Positions 46,105 through 55,960 are shown, counted from the first letter of the stretch. The stretch is 64,000 bases of DNA from an uncultured Candidatus Saccharibacteria bacterium (GCA_964446735.1 CAYUQB010000001.1:263826-327825); one strand, 5' to 3'. Program-made: numbers and translations. Notes: generated from the sequence alone by a model not told the origin.

Positions 46105-46362
46105 TTATTGTGAGACTGCCGCGTTCACACTGTCATTTGCACTTGCGTTGTCATCACTGACTGCGTCAAGCTGCGCATCAATGGAGGCAAGATCCTCATC
46201 GATGGCAGTATCGGAAGAATCAGAACCGGTCGGAAGTGTGGTTACTTCCGGATTTTCGGGAGCGGGGGCACTGGAACGCATAACGTTCCAGTAGTAGAAG
46301 CCTCCCAAGAGGACAACTGCCACAACCGCTATCGCAAGCACAATTTTCGATGTCTGTGACAT
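46105..46362 (-). CDS. Small membrane-anchored acidic protein
   Basis: N-terminal TM helix. Asp/Ser-rich tail. 11 nt upstream of the coiled-coil gene. Confidence 0.45.
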   Translation of the reverse strand: MSQTSKIVLAIAVVAVVLLGGFYYWNVMRSSAPAPENPEVTTLPTGSDSSDTAIDEDLASIDAQLDAVSDDNASANDSVNAAVSQ

Positions 46363-46484
46363 AAGGTGGTGCTAGGTAAGAAAGACCTACTGCTTACTAA
46401 TGACGTTGTAAGTATAACGTTCTTTCAGCCCTAGAAATGGGGCTTGTGTATAGCCAAGTCATGCTATGCTGCATGTACAAACGA

Positions 46485-46625
46485 ATACCGTATCAAGAGT
46501 GCGGCGAGGGAATTGGCCCTGTGACCCGTCAGCAACCATTTCTTAGGAAAACGGTGCTTCCAACCCCGTCGGGGAACGATGCTTTTGCGAAAGGCCTCCT
46601 TCTCGAAGGGAGGCCTTTCGTTTGG
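46485..46625 (+). promoter_or_regulatory. SAM-I (S-box) riboswitch with an intrinsic terminator, in the metK leader
   Basis: UAUCAAGAG...GGCGAGGGA.UGGCCC..GACCCG.CAACC...GGUGCUUCCAACC core. Then AAAGGCCUCCUUC-ucga-GAAGGGAGGCCUUU plus UCGUUUGG, ending 20 nt before the metK ATG. Confidence 0.8.
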
Positions 46626-46644
46626 TCTAACCAATCAAACCAGC

Positions 46645-47700
46645 ATGCTGCACTTACTTTCCACTTATACAACCGAAAGCGTGACCCGAGGCCATCCTGA
46701 TAAGGTGTGCGACCAGATGTCTGACGCGATACTTGATGCCTGCCTTACGCAGGATCCCACGTCGCGCGTTGCGGTCGAAACCTTTGGCAGCCACGGTACG
46801 CTCATGATCGGCGGCGAGGTAACCACAACCGCTGCGCCCGACTATGCTGCCATTGCCGAGCAAGTGTACCGCGACATTGGCTACGAAGAACCGCTTGATG
46901 TCCTTGCGCGCGTTGTCACCCAGTCACCCGATATCGCTATGGGAGTTGATACTGGTGGTGCAGGTGACCAAGGCATCATGTACGGCTACGCAACCGACGA
47001 GACGCCGGAATTCCTTCCGCTTGGTGTTGTGCTCTCGCACGCACTTGCACGCAAGCTCGAGGACCTGCGTACGTCCGGTACCCTTCCCTATCTGCGTCCA
47101 GACGGAAAAACGCAGGTGACCATTAGGGACGGAAAAGTCATCACCGCGCTCACCTCTACACAGCATGCGGAAGAGGCCGAGCTCGAACAAATTCGAGCAG
47201 ATCTTACCAAGGAACTCTTCGGTTCAGTTCTTGGCGACCTGTCGGGTATCGAGCTTCTCGTGAACCCAACCGGACGCTTCGTCCAGGGCGGATTTGCCGC
47301 TGATGCAGGCCTTACGGGCCGCAAGCTCATGGTCGATACCTACGGTGGTCTCATGCCTCATGGTGGAGGCGCCTTCAGTGGAAAAGACTCGACCAAAGTA
47401 GACCGCTCTGCCGCATACATGTGCCGCTTTGTCGCAAAGAATCTGGTGGCTGGCGGGTACGGTAAGAAGGTACTGGTCTCAGTCGCATACGCGATTGGTC
47501 GCGTCGATCCGGTCATGGTGGAAGCATATGACGATACCGGAAAGAATCTGACTGATATCGTGAACCGGAACTTCGATTTCCGTCCACGTGCCATCATCGA
47601 ACGCTTGGGCCTCACCCGTCCTATATTCCGCGATACGGCGGCATATGGACACTTTGGTGTTGCCGGACGTCCGTGGGAAGAGATCGTTACGCTCTCCTAA
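46645..47700 (+). CDS. metK: S-adenosylmethionine synthetase MetK
   Basis: ESVTRGHPDKVCDQ, GAGDQG, DTYGG and GGGAFSGKD motifs. ATG at 46645 (MLHLLSTYTTESV). The upstream in-frame track extension overlaps the riboswitch. Confidence 0.9.
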   Translation: MLHLLSTYTTESVTRGHPDKVCDQMSDAILDACLTQDPTSRVAVETFGSHGTLMIGGEVTTTAAPDYAAIAEQVYRDIGYEEPLDVLARVVTQSPDIAMGVDTGGAGDQGIMYGYATDETPEFLPLGVVLSHALARKLEDLRTSGTLPYLRPDGKTQVTIRDGKVITALTSTQHAEEAELEQIRADLTKELFGSVLGDLSGIELLVNPTGRFVQGGFAADAGLTGRKLMVDTYGGLMPHGGGAFSGKDSTKVDRSAAYMCRFVAKNLVAGGYGKKVLVSVAYAIGRVDPVMVEAYDDTGKNLTDIVNRNFDFRPRAIIERLGLTRPIFRDTAAYGHFGVAGRPWEEIVTLS

Positions 47701-47713
47701 ACAGGGAGCTGAA

Positions 47714-47750
47714 GAAAAAGACCTGGCAGAAGCCAGGTCTTTTTCTTTAT
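47714..47750. terminator. Bidirectional rho-independent terminator between metK and pyrG
   Basis: AAAAAGACCTGGC-agaa-GCCAGGTCTTTTT with flanking T and A runs. Confidence 0.8.
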
Positions 47751-49402
47751 CCTTCCTTCTGTAGCGACCGGTCCTGCACCGCTTGGAGAAAACGCGTAAA
47801 CAGCGGATGAGGAGTGAGGGGACGTGCCTGTAGTTCGGGATGGAATTGGCAACCTAGATAAAACGGATGGGCCTTCTGGGGAAGTTCCGCTATTTCCATA
47901 AGCACTCCGTCAGGACTTGTGCCGGAGAAAATCAGACCTTCGTCCGTGAGTCGGTCAATGTATTCAGGATTCACCTCATAGCGGTGACGGTGGCGTTCTT
48001 CAACAATCTCCGTACCGTATGCCTCTTTGGCAATCGTTCCGTCTTTGAGCACGCAGGGGTACGATCCCAGACGCATCGTACCGCCGTACTTTCCTTCTTC
48101 TATGAGCTTCTTTTGATCGGGCATTACATCGATGACCGGATGAGGTGAAGAAGGATCGATTTCAACAGTATGGGCTCCAGAGAGACCGAGAATGGTGCGT
48201 GCGTATTCGATGACCAGCATATGCATGCCGTAGCAGAGGCCGAAATACGGCACTCCGCGCTCACGACAGAACTGGGCAGCGCGAATCTTTCCCTCAATGC
48301 CCGTCTCACCAAACCCACCTGGCACAATCACCCCGTCATACTTTTCAAGCGCATCAGTGCCTTCTTTCTCGATGGTCTTAGCATTCACCCATTCAATAAC
48401 AGCGCGCACTCCTACGGCGGCAGCAGAAAACTTAATTGCTTCAATCACTGAAAGATAGGCATCGGAGAGGACGAAATCTCCAGTATCGAAATACTTACCG
48501 ACGATACCGATTGAAACGGTGGGCTTACCCTCTGCCCGAGCTCGCTCGACAAACGCACGCCACTCATCAAGATCTGCTTCGACATTGGTTTCGAGCCTGA
48601 GTGCCGTAAGCATGAGATCTCCGATATGGTCTTGTTCAAGATTGAGTGGAACATCATAGATACTTTTCACATCTGGTGCAGAAATGATGTGCTCGGGACG
48701 TACGTTGCAGGAAATGGCGAGCTTTTCCTTTCGACGTGCATCCATCGGATCATTGCTTCTCGCAACAATGAAATCAGGCTGGACACCGTAGGAGTTAAGC
48801 TCCCGCACCGCCGACTGAGTGGGTTTCGTCTTCATTTCACCAAGCGTGTTGGGGACTGGCAGATACGACACCATGACGAAAATCACATCGTCTGGATACT
48901 TGAGCTTCAAGACACGTGCCGCGTCAATGAAAAGCGCGTTCTGAAAATCTCCAACCGTACCACCAATCTCAATAACCGATACGCGACTTCCATTATTGGA
49001 TGCCGCCTTTTCGATGCGTCGCAAGATCTCATCGCGTACATGAGGCACTGCTTCGACACACTTACCCCCGTATTCAAGTGCGCGCTCGCGCTCAATGACC
49101 GTCTGATACACCATGCCGCTGGTCATGTAGTCCTCGGGACCTAAATCCCGTCCGAGGAATCGTTCATAGTTACCCATGTCCTGATCCGTTTCGAGTCCTG
49201 AGCGAAGGACGAAGACTTCACCATGCTCCGTCGGATTCATCGTTCCCGCATCGACATTCAGGTACGGATCAATCTTCACGAGATTCGCTTTGTAGCCACG
49301 CTGATTGAGAATGAGTCCCAAGGATGAGGTAACCACACCCTTTCCGACGCCGCTCATCACACCGCCCAAGACGAAAATGTATTTGTGTCCTTCGGTAGCC
49401 AT
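47747..49402 (-). CDS. pyrG: CTP synthase PyrG
   Basis: KYIFVLGGVMSGVGKG N-terminus, amidoligase and glutamine amidotransferase domains. 551 aa. Confidence 0.9.
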   Translation of the reverse strand: MATEGHKYIFVLGGVMSGVGKGVVTSSLGLILNQRGYKANLVKIDPYLNVDAGTMNPTEHGEVFVLRSGLETDQDMGNYERFLGRDLGPEDYMTSGMVYQTVIERERALEYGGKCVEAVPHVRDEILRRIEKAASNNGSRVSVIEIGGTVGDFQNALFIDAARVLKLKYPDDVIFVMVSYLPVPNTLGEMKTKPTQSAVRELNSYGVQPDFIVARSNDPMDARRKEKLAISCNVRPEHIISAPDVKSIYDVPLNLEQDHIGDLMLTALRLETNVEADLDEWRAFVERARAEGKPTVSIGIVGKYFDTGDFVLSDAYLSVIEAIKFSAAAVGVRAVIEWVNAKTIEKEGTDALEKYDGVIVPGGFGETGIEGKIRAAQFCRERGVPYFGLCYGMHMLVIEYARTILGLSGAHTVEIDPSSPHPVIDVMPDQKKLIEEGKYGGTMRLGSYPCVLKDGTIAKEAYGTEIVEERHRHRYEVNPEYIDRLTDEGLIFSGTSPDGVLMEIAELPQKAHPFYLGCQFHPELQARPLTPHPLFTRFLQAVQDRSLQKEG

Positions 49403-49403
49403 A

Positions 49404-50321
49404 CTAGATCTTCAAGTAGCGACGAACGCCAATCCACGAGGCAAGCGCCCCAAGGAAGACACCCGAACCTACGAGCGTGAAGAACACGAGTGCGAAGTTG
49501 CTCATGTAGTACTGGAACAGGTTGAATCCGCCTAGCCACGACGCAAGAGCATTCCCTGCATACCAAGTCGCTGGGTAGAAGAGGACAAGTGCGATAAGGG
49601 CTGCCAGTACACCCGAGATGATGCCTGCCACTATGAACGGCCCCCGAATATACATATTGGATGCGCCCACCAGCCGCATGACGGCAATTTCATCACGAGC
49701 GGTGTAGACCGCAAGGCGTATGGTCGCAAGTGCGATAACCGTAGAGGCGAGCGAGAAGAGAATGATGATGGCAAGTCCAACCTGTTGCGTGGTCCGAATG
49801 GCAGCAGTGAGGCGATCAATAACATTCTTATTCTGGAAATAGTTCACCCGATCAACGAGTGTACTTCCGGGGCCAAGATCCTGATCCGAAAGCCACTCCA
49901 CGATAGTGGCGTAGAGGGCGGGATTGGTGGCCTTAATGGCAAGCGAGGCCTCAAGTGGATTCTCACCAAGTTCGGCAAGTGCCTGGAGTGTGAGCGGGTC
50001 ATTTGCATGGCGTTCGCGGAACTCGGTGAGCGCCTCCTCACGCGAGGTGTAGGTGACCGTCGCCACCTGCGGAAGCTCTTCAAGTCGTGCTTTCACTCCG
50101 AGTACTTCCGTCTCGGTTGCAGTAGTGGCGAAATACACATTGACATCCACTTTGTCCTCGATCGCGGTCAGCGTATTGGTGAGGATGGCCGAAAGGAATA
50201 TCAAGGAGCCGATGATGGCGAGTGTTACCGTCATGATAAGTACGGTGGCAAATGAGACCGAACCGCTTCTCGCAAAGCTTGTTGCTCCTGCACCGACGAC
50301 TCGTTTAAGAAAGATCCACAT
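49404..50321 (-). CDS. ftsX: Cell-division permease FtsX
   Basis: 4-TM FtsX topology with a large periplasmic loop. 2 nt downstream of ftsE. Confidence 0.8.
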   Translation of the reverse strand: MWIFLKRVVGAGATSFARSGSVSFATVLIMTVTLAIIGSLIFLSAILTNTLTAIEDKVDVNVYFATTATETEVLGVKARLEELPQVATVTYTSREEALTEFRERHANDPLTLQALAELGENPLEASLAIKATNPALYATIVEWLSDQDLGPGSTLVDRVNYFQNKNVIDRLTAAIRTTQQVGLAIIILFSLASTVIALATIRLAVYTARDEIAVMRLVGASNMYIRGPFIVAGIISGVLAALIALVLFYPATWYAGNALASWLGGFNLFQYYMSNFALVFFTLVGSGVFLGALASWIGVRRYLKI

Positions 50322-50323
50322 AG

Positions 50324-51004
50324 CTATAGGACGTATTGGCCACGGACATCATCACGGACGACACGACCGCGATCCATCGTGACGACGCGTTTACCGAGTG
50401 CGTCAACCACTCCCTTGTTGTGCGTCGTGATAAGCACGGTGGTGCCAAGCTCATTAATCTTCTTCAAGATTTCAATAATCTCATACGTATTAATTGGATC
50501 GAGATTGCCGGTGGGTTCATCAGCAACGATGACATCCGGTTGATTGATGATGGCGCGTCCAATAGCAACGCGTTGCTGTTCGCCGCCCGAAAGCTGACTT
50601 GGGAAATGGTGTGCCTTACTGCTGAGGTCAACGAGATCGAGAATGTGCGGTACGTCGGTAGCAATCTCATCGTCTGGGCGGCCCGCTGCCTCCATTGCGA
50701 ATGCAATATTCTCGTATGCGGTCTTATTCGGAATAAGGCGGAAGTCCTGAAACACCATACCGATCTTGCGGCGATAGTGGTGGAGCGAAGAAGTCGGGAG
50801 TGCATGCACATCGACCGACTCAAAGAAGACCGACCCAGTGGTGGGTCGTTCCTCTGCCAGAAGCATTTTGAGGAGAGTGGTCTTTCCGGCACCCGAGTGG
50901 CCGACGATGGAGACGAATTCCTTGGGGGCGATGTTGATGGTGACGTCCTCCAGTGCTGGCGTACCGTCTCGGTACATCTTCGTGACCTTGTCGAAATAGA
51001 TCAT
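50324..51004 (-). CDS. ftsE: Cell-division ATP-binding protein FtsE
   Basis: GHSGAGKTT Walker A, LSGGEQQR ABC signature and DEPTGNLD Walker B. Start taken at MIYFDKV. Confidence 0.85.
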   Translation of the reverse strand: MIYFDKVTKMYRDGTPALEDVTINIAPKEFVSIVGHSGAGKTTLLKMLLAEERPTTGSVFFESVDVHALPTSSLHHYRRKIGMVFQDFRLIPNKTAYENIAFAMEAAGRPDDEIATDVPHILDLVDLSSKAHHFPSQLSGGEQQRVAIGRAIINQPDVIVADEPTGNLDPINTYEIIEILKKINELGTTVLITTHNKGVVDALGKRVVTMDRGRVVRDDVRGQYVL

Positions 51005-51095
51005 GTACGAGGGGTATTGTACCTCACTCAGGAGGGACGGCAAAGAATATGAGCTCCTCATTTACTCACTTATACGGTGAGTGGTGTGGATAAGC

Positions 51096-51971
51096 TTAGG
51101 ACTGAGCAGAATCTGCTATCGCCGCATCGATAAACCCATCAAGTGCACCGGACAGTACCGCCTCCGGATCATGCGATTCATGCCCAGTTTCGTGGTCTTT
51201 CACCATTTTGTAAGGGTGGAGGACGTAGGAACGCATCTGACTACCCCACTCGTTGGCTGTAGTTGCAGCAATACTGCGTCCTTTGGCTTCCGCCTCCTCC
51301 CGTTCCTTCTGTTTGGCGTACAGTTTTGCTTTCAAAAGCGCGAGTGCTTTCTCACGGTTGGCCTGTTGACTCCGTTCGGAAGAAACATGCACAGAAATAC
51401 CCGTTGGAATATGCACAATGCGCACCGCCGTCTCTCGTTTATTCACGTTTTGTCCTCCTGCACCGCCTGAACGCGCAAACTGCAGATCAAGTTCATCCTC
51501 CTTGAGGGTAATGTCGTCACTGGCAGCAAGTACGGGAAGCACTTCCACGAGTGCAAAGGACGTCTGACGCTTCGCGTTCGCGTTAAAAGGTGAAATGCGA
51601 ACGAGACGATGCACGCCATTCTCGTGTTTCAGGCGTCCATAGGCTCCCTTCCCGGTTATTTCAAGTAGCACATTCCGGTATCCCCCATGATCATTCTCGT
51701 TCTCGTGAAGTTCTCGTACACTCCATCCTCTACTCTCTGCATATCCTTCGTACATGCGACGCAGCATGGCAGCGAAATCTTCTGCGTCATCTCCGCCTGC
51801 ACCAGCAAGAATGGCAAGCGTAGCGCTTCCGGCATCATGACCGTCGCCACTACCACCTTCTTTGAGTGACTGGTATTCACGCACGACTCGCTGGGCTTCA
51901 TCCTTGTCCACCCAGAAATCAGGTGACGTCATGAGCGCTTCGATTTCTTTGAGTCGTTCTTCTGGATTCAT
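51096..51971 (-). CDS. prfB: Peptide chain release factor 2 (short form, no programmed frameshift)
   Basis: SPF tripeptide, the GGQ motif ([11 protein letters not shown]) and RF2-like domain order. Only 45 nt separate its ATG from the upstream tRNA. Confidence 0.8.
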   Translation of the reverse strand: MNPEERLKEIEALMTSPDFWVDKDEAQRVVREYQSLKEGGSGDGHDAGSATLAILAGAGGDDAEDFAAMLRRMYEGYAESRGWSVRELHENENDHGGYRNVLLEITGKGAYGRLKHENGVHRLVRISPFNANAKRQTSFALVEVLPVLAASDDITLKEDELDLQFARSGGAGGQNVNKRETAVRIVHIPTGISVHVSSERSQQANREKALALLKAKLYAKQKEREEAEAKGRSIAATTANEWGSQMRSYVLHPYKMVKDHETGHESHDPEAVLSGALDGFIDAAIADSAQS

Positions 51972-52012
51972 GCGGCGAGTATAGCAGAGGGGTGTATACC
52001 ACCGAGATTTTC

Positions 52013-52088
52013 TGGAGCCGCCGCCCGGGCTTGAACCGGGGACCTAAGGTTTACGATACCTTCGCTCTACCAACTGAGCTACGGCGGC
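52013..52088 (-). tRNA. tRNA-Thr (anticodon CGU), CCA encoded
   Basis: GCCGCCG acceptor, D-loop AGTTGGTAG, anticodon loop AUCGUAA, T-loop TTCAAGC and 3' TCCA. Confidence 0.75.
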
Positions 52089-52183
52089 AAAGTCGAAAGA
52101 CTATATCATGCCGGACGTTTCAGGCGAACATACGTACCACCTACAATGCCTGCTTCTTTTAGTCCTTTACGGGTTTGTTTTTG

Positions 52184-52256
52184 AGCCGATGTCCGGGATT
52201 GAACCGGAGACCTCATCCTTACCATGGATGCGCTCTACCAACTGAGCTACATCGGC
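52184..52256 (-). tRNA. tRNA-Thr (anticodon GGU), no CCA encoded
   Basis: GCCGATG acceptor, anticodon loop AUGGUAA, T-loop TTCAATC. Confidence 0.75.
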
Positions 52257-52384
52257 ATACGGCCCCGAAAGGGACCGTATGCCGATAGTACGGTATTCCG
52301 GTAGGCTTTTCAAACTATCCACTCAACCAATATTCCACCGCATCCTCGCTGCTATCCTTAGGAGGTACCAATATCTCGCTCGAT

Positions 52385-52594
52385 ATGAACCACATGAACA
52401 ATACGGAACACTGCACGTGTTCCCATCACAAAGTCGGAGCACTTCTCATCATAGTGCTCGGCGTTGTATTTCTTCTGGGTGCCATGGGTGTACTTTCGGT
52501 TATGACCGTCGCCTACGCGTGGCCCATCGTCGTGATCGTCTTCGGGATTACCCGTTTGCTCAGCGGGAGCTGTAAGTGCTACACCAGGTCCTAG
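52385..52594 (+). CDS. Possible small Cys/His-containing 2-TM membrane protein
   Basis: HCTCSHH motif, then two TM helices. AGGAGG lies upstream but about 19 nt from the ATG. Convergent 4-nt overlap with the ROK gene. Confidence 0.35.
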   Translation: MNHMNNTEHCTCSHHKVGALLIIVLGVVFLLGAMGVLSVMTVAYAWPIVVIVFGITRLLSGSCKCYTRS

Positions 52595-53376
52595 TTCGCT
52601 AGCGCCATCGCTCCATAGAGGCCGGACGCACTCCCCAGTGCTGCTTTATGTATCCGTCTTTCTTCGGTAGCTCCCATAGCTGAGAGCGTTTCCTGCACTT
52701 CAGAAAGCTTGAAGCCATTCTCCTCGTTCATGAGCGACCCACCGAGCACGAGCATATCCGGCGACCATACAAAAAGTGCGTTTGCAATTCCCTCGGCTAA
52801 GTGAGGAGTGAGCTCACGCCATACGACCGCAGGAAGTGCTTCCGGTGGAACTCCGTGACGTTCGGAAAGAGCGCGACCACCAATCAAGTCTTCAAGCCAT
52901 GCTCCGTTTTTCAAAGTCAGTACGGCACTACGCCCTGATCCATTGCTGGTGTGCGGAACGATCTTTCTTTCAATAACGCATGCAGTACCAATACCGGTTC
53001 CCAGCCCCAGGTATCCGACCGTGCGCATACCTTGCCCTACTCCGTATGTTGCTTCACCGAGTGCTGCTAATTCTGCATCGTTTCGTAGATGTACTGTTGC
53101 CCCAAGTCGTTCTCCCAATTCGCGCGCAAATGCATATCCTTCCCAGCGAGGAAGGTTCGTCGCCGAGAGCATAACTCCATCCTCGACGATACTCGGCACG
53201 CCCCCAACAAGAGTACCTATATGAGGAGTGAGCGTACGAGCGGTTTCAGTCAGAAGCTCGATAGCCTGCAGCGGATCTGTAGGTGTTGGCATATCAACCG
53301 CACGTCCGATACTACTGCCCTCAACCAATGCCATGCGCATGTGGGTACCCCCGATATCAAATACAATGGTGTTCAT
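52591..53376 (-). CDS. ROK-family sugar kinase (glucokinase-like)
   Basis: FDIGGTHMRMAL N-terminus and ROK signature GLGTGIG. Confidence 0.75.
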   Translation of the reverse strand: MNTIVFDIGGTHMRMALVEGSSIGRAVDMPTPTDPLQAIELLTETARTLTPHIGTLVGGVPSIVEDGVMLSATNLPRWEGYAFARELGERLGATVHLRNDAELAALGEATYGVGQGMRTVGYLGLGTGIGTACVIERKIVPHTSNGSGRSAVLTLKNGAWLEDLIGGRALSERHGVPPEALPAVVWRELTPHLAEGIANALFVWSPDMLVLGGSLMNEENGFKLSEVQETLSAMGATEERRIHKAALGSASGLYGAMALAN

Positions 53377-54302
53377 AGCTGTTTCTTGAAGGCATCGACT
53401 AGTGGTTGTGTGTCCGGATCAATACCTCGCGTCGCGGCGAGGTGCCGACCGACGAGAATGAACCGAAGCCAGAGTGTTGCAAGAGCGTCCGCACGGGATA
53501 GATCGGATATATCCAGAACCCGCACCAAACGTCCTCGCTCCTCCATGAGCCCCTGAAATGCATCCATCCGACGTAGGACGCGGTCGTGATCGCTCGTATC
53601 ACGTACCAGTACGAATCGAAAGAGGTGCGCAAGGCCTTCGGGCATATCAGTATCAAAGGACTGCATTTCATTATGGTTCAATTCCGGGAATACGTTTGTG
53701 AACGCGGGTGTTCGCGACGATTCATTTACAACGAGTTTGGCCAGGTGCCCTACTAACCTATTGCGATCAGAAGTATAGAAAAGCGGCACGCTTTGGAGGA
53801 GGAAATGAGCGTCTTCGTCCGCGTCTTCTCGAAGCACTTCTTCGGTAATGGAGACGTTGGCGAGCGCGGTGAGTCCTTCCTCATTTCCGCACACGGCAAG
53901 CGCTGCACGCACCAAATACATAAACGCATTACGCGGCACGAGACCTGCAGGGACGAGTGCAAGCGGCAACTGTTCGCGCTCCGCAAACTCCGCAAGTTTT
54001 CCGCCCGACGTAACGATTGCAAGCTTCCTTCCCTCCCGCTTGGCAGCGGCAGCAAATGAGAGCGTTTCTTCAGTATTTCCGGAATACGAAATTGCTAGAT
54101 GCAGTGCTTCTGGCGGAGCCTCCCAGGGAAGATCGTAGTCATGATGGACGAGGAACTTCCGTTCTGGATTGAGGAACCGCAATGCCTCTCCAGCAAGAGC
54201 GGACCCGCCCATACCACCTGTGACAATGATAGCTGGCGCCTCATTTCGTGGACGGCGTATGTCTGGCTCAAACGAGAGCTGAGAAAGAAAGTCCTGCATC
54301 AT
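53373..54302 (-). CDS. Bifunctional phosphoglucose/phosphomannose isomerase (SIS-domain PGI/PMI)
   Basis: SIS-domain motifs (VTGGMGGS, SYSGNTEET). 4-nt overlaps with both neighbouring genes. Confidence 0.7.
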   Translation of the reverse strand: MMQDFLSQLSFEPDIRRPRNEAPAIIVTGGMGGSALAGEALRFLNPERKFLVHHDYDLPWEAPPEALHLAISYSGNTEETLSFAAAAKREGRKLAIVTSGGKLAEFAEREQLPLALVPAGLVPRNAFMYLVRAALAVCGNEEGLTALANVSITEEVLREDADEDAHFLLQSVPLFYTSDRNRLVGHLAKLVVNESSRTPAFTNVFPELNHNEMQSFDTDMPEGLAHLFRFVLVRDTSDHDRVLRRMDAFQGLMEERGRLVRVLDISDLSRADALATLWLRFILVGRHLAATRGIDPDTQPLVDAFKKQL

Positions 54303-55492
54303 GTCTCGATCATATCAACGAGTAGGGTGCCCCAGGTGAAGTTGTGCGCACCGTATGCCTTACCTGTTTCAGGATTGAAATATTCTCTAAACCCATTGCG
54401 CTCCACGAGTCGCTCGGTCGCGGTTCGCAGCCATATTGCTTCGTCATCGAACCCATACTGGCGGAGGCCGTGATAGATGAACCAATGCGGTGCAAACCAA
54501 ATGGGGCCGCGCCAGAATCCCGCCGCTCGATAGGAAGGCTCTTGCTGCGACACCGTCCGAATACCGTGTGAGGATCGGAATGAATTGTGATCGTGAAAAT
54601 GAGTTTCAATGAGATGCTTCGCCTCTTCTTTGGTATAGAGCCCGGCAAAGAGCGGAATGAAGTGAGCCCACGTAGCGACCTTGAGCCGTTGCTGACTCTG
54701 GCCTTCAACCGACCAGAACACGCCATCCTCAAACATGTACTCACGCATCGCTTCTCGGATAAGTCGGGCATGCCAGGTCGCGTACGTTGCTGCCTTCGTG
54801 TCACCGATATGTGTGGCCAGTTCGGAGAGAATTTCGAGATTCTTAACCATGACCGTGTTGAATGGTACGTCCTTCACCCAGAAGTTCTTACGCATGCATT
54901 CCTCCTCGTCAAAGTTGCAGACTGCGTTCGCTCGTACCAGCTTATGCCGCTCGTACATATGGCCGAAAAATGAAATGTCGGTCCCAACATGCATCGGCCC
55001 ATCAAAACGCGGTGAGTTATCCTCCCCCGACTCGTCTGGATTAATGATGCTTATGAGATGGTGATCATTCGGATCGCGTCGTTCAATGAGGTAGCGGTAG
55101 AAGGCATAGATCGGTGGAAAGATCTCCCGAAGAAACGCGGTGTCTCGGGTGTGCTGATAGATCGCACGAGCCGCATACGCGAGCATAGGCGGCTGAGTGA
55201 TACTGGTCACCCCGCTCTTTCCCCACCCCCAGTTGTACGGACGCGTGAGTTTCGCGTTCCAGAAAATGATGTGAGGCACCATGCCGTCAGGAAGCTGGCG
55301 AGAAAGGAGGGCACGCAGCTCAGATATCGCTGCATCGGGATCGAACCGCGCAAGCACAATGGCATGGAAACATGAATCCCACAGCCATTGATACGGGTAT
55401 GTTTCTGGCGATGGAACGGTGTAGGTATGACCCGTTCCGGTCTGCCGGCGATTAGCGAGAAGAAGGCGGTACGCCGTATCGCGCAGCATCAT
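54299..55492 (-). CDS. GH63-like (alpha/alpha)6 glycoside hydrolase (mannosyl-/glucosylglycerate-hydrolase-like)
   Basis: YPYQWLWDSCF and GFWRGPIW motifs of GH63/MGH-family six-hairpin glycosidases. Confidence 0.65.
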   Translation of the reverse strand: MMLRDTAYRLLLANRRQTGTGHTYTVPSPETYPYQWLWDSCFHAIVLARFDPDAAISELRALLSRQLPDGMVPHIIFWNAKLTRPYNWGWGKSGVTSITQPPMLAYAARAIYQHTRDTAFLREIFPPIYAFYRYLIERRDPNDHHLISIINPDESGEDNSPRFDGPMHVGTDISFFGHMYERHKLVRANAVCNFDEEECMRKNFWVKDVPFNTVMVKNLEILSELATHIGDTKAATYATWHARLIREAMREYMFEDGVFWSVEGQSQQRLKVATWAHFIPLFAGLYTKEEAKHLIETHFHDHNSFRSSHGIRTVSQQEPSYRAAGFWRGPIWFAPHWFIYHGLRQYGFDDEAIWLRTATERLVERNGFREYFNPETGKAYGAHNFTWGTLLVDMIET

Positions 55493-55498
55493 TAGGCG

Positions 55499-55960
55499 TT
55501 AGGAGGCCTGGACAGTGAGTGTGCCGGTAATGATTTCATCGACACCCCCAACCTGAACCGTGTAGGAACCAGGCACGAGCGCTTTTGAGGTAGTGAACGA
55601 CCACTTCCCATTAACCACCGGGACTGCCATACCACCCACGATACCGACTCCAGCACTATTGACGATAATTACTTGTACGCTGCTCACGTTCTTGGCTGTA
55701 CCCGTGATCTTCGGGTTTCGCGAGGAAGTGACCATGGCAGGAGTATCAAGAGCGGCCGTGTGCGGGACAGCAGCTGGCGCAGACACTTCCCCAGCCGTCG
55801 GCTGCACCGGTGTAACCGTTGGAGTACTAGTCGGGGTTGTTGAGGTAGCTGCAGGTGCAAGTGCTTCAGGCACCGGCGCTGCTGCCTTTTGGGTAAAGAG
55901 GAATGCACCTCCGAGGATAACGATAGCGGCAACGAGGCCGATGATGGCTTTCTTGTTCAT
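55499..55960 (-). CDS. Membrane-anchored or secreted protein with an Ig-like beta domain
   Basis: N-terminal TM or signal peptide, a Pro/Thr/Ala linker and a C-terminal beta-rich domain. Confidence 0.5.
   Translation of the reverse strand: MNKKAIIGLVAAIVILGGAFLFTQKAAAPVPEALAPAATSTTPTSTPTVTPVQPTAGEVSAPAAVPHTAALDTPAMVTSSRNPKITGTAKNVSSVQVIIVNSAGVGIVGGMAVPVVNGKWSFTTSKALVPGSYTVQVGGVDEIITGTLTVQAS

Noticed and set aside
50336-51052. 238-aa plus-strand ORF antisense to ftsE
   Set aside because: The ftsE frame contains Walker A, Walker B and the ABC signature. The antisense ORF is a shadow.
51972-52012. Possible RF2 programmed +1 frameshift segment
   Set aside because: Only 45 nt separate prfB from the tRNA. 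There is no in-frame upstream coding segment and no CUU UGA C-type shift site. RF2 here appears to be frameshift-independent.
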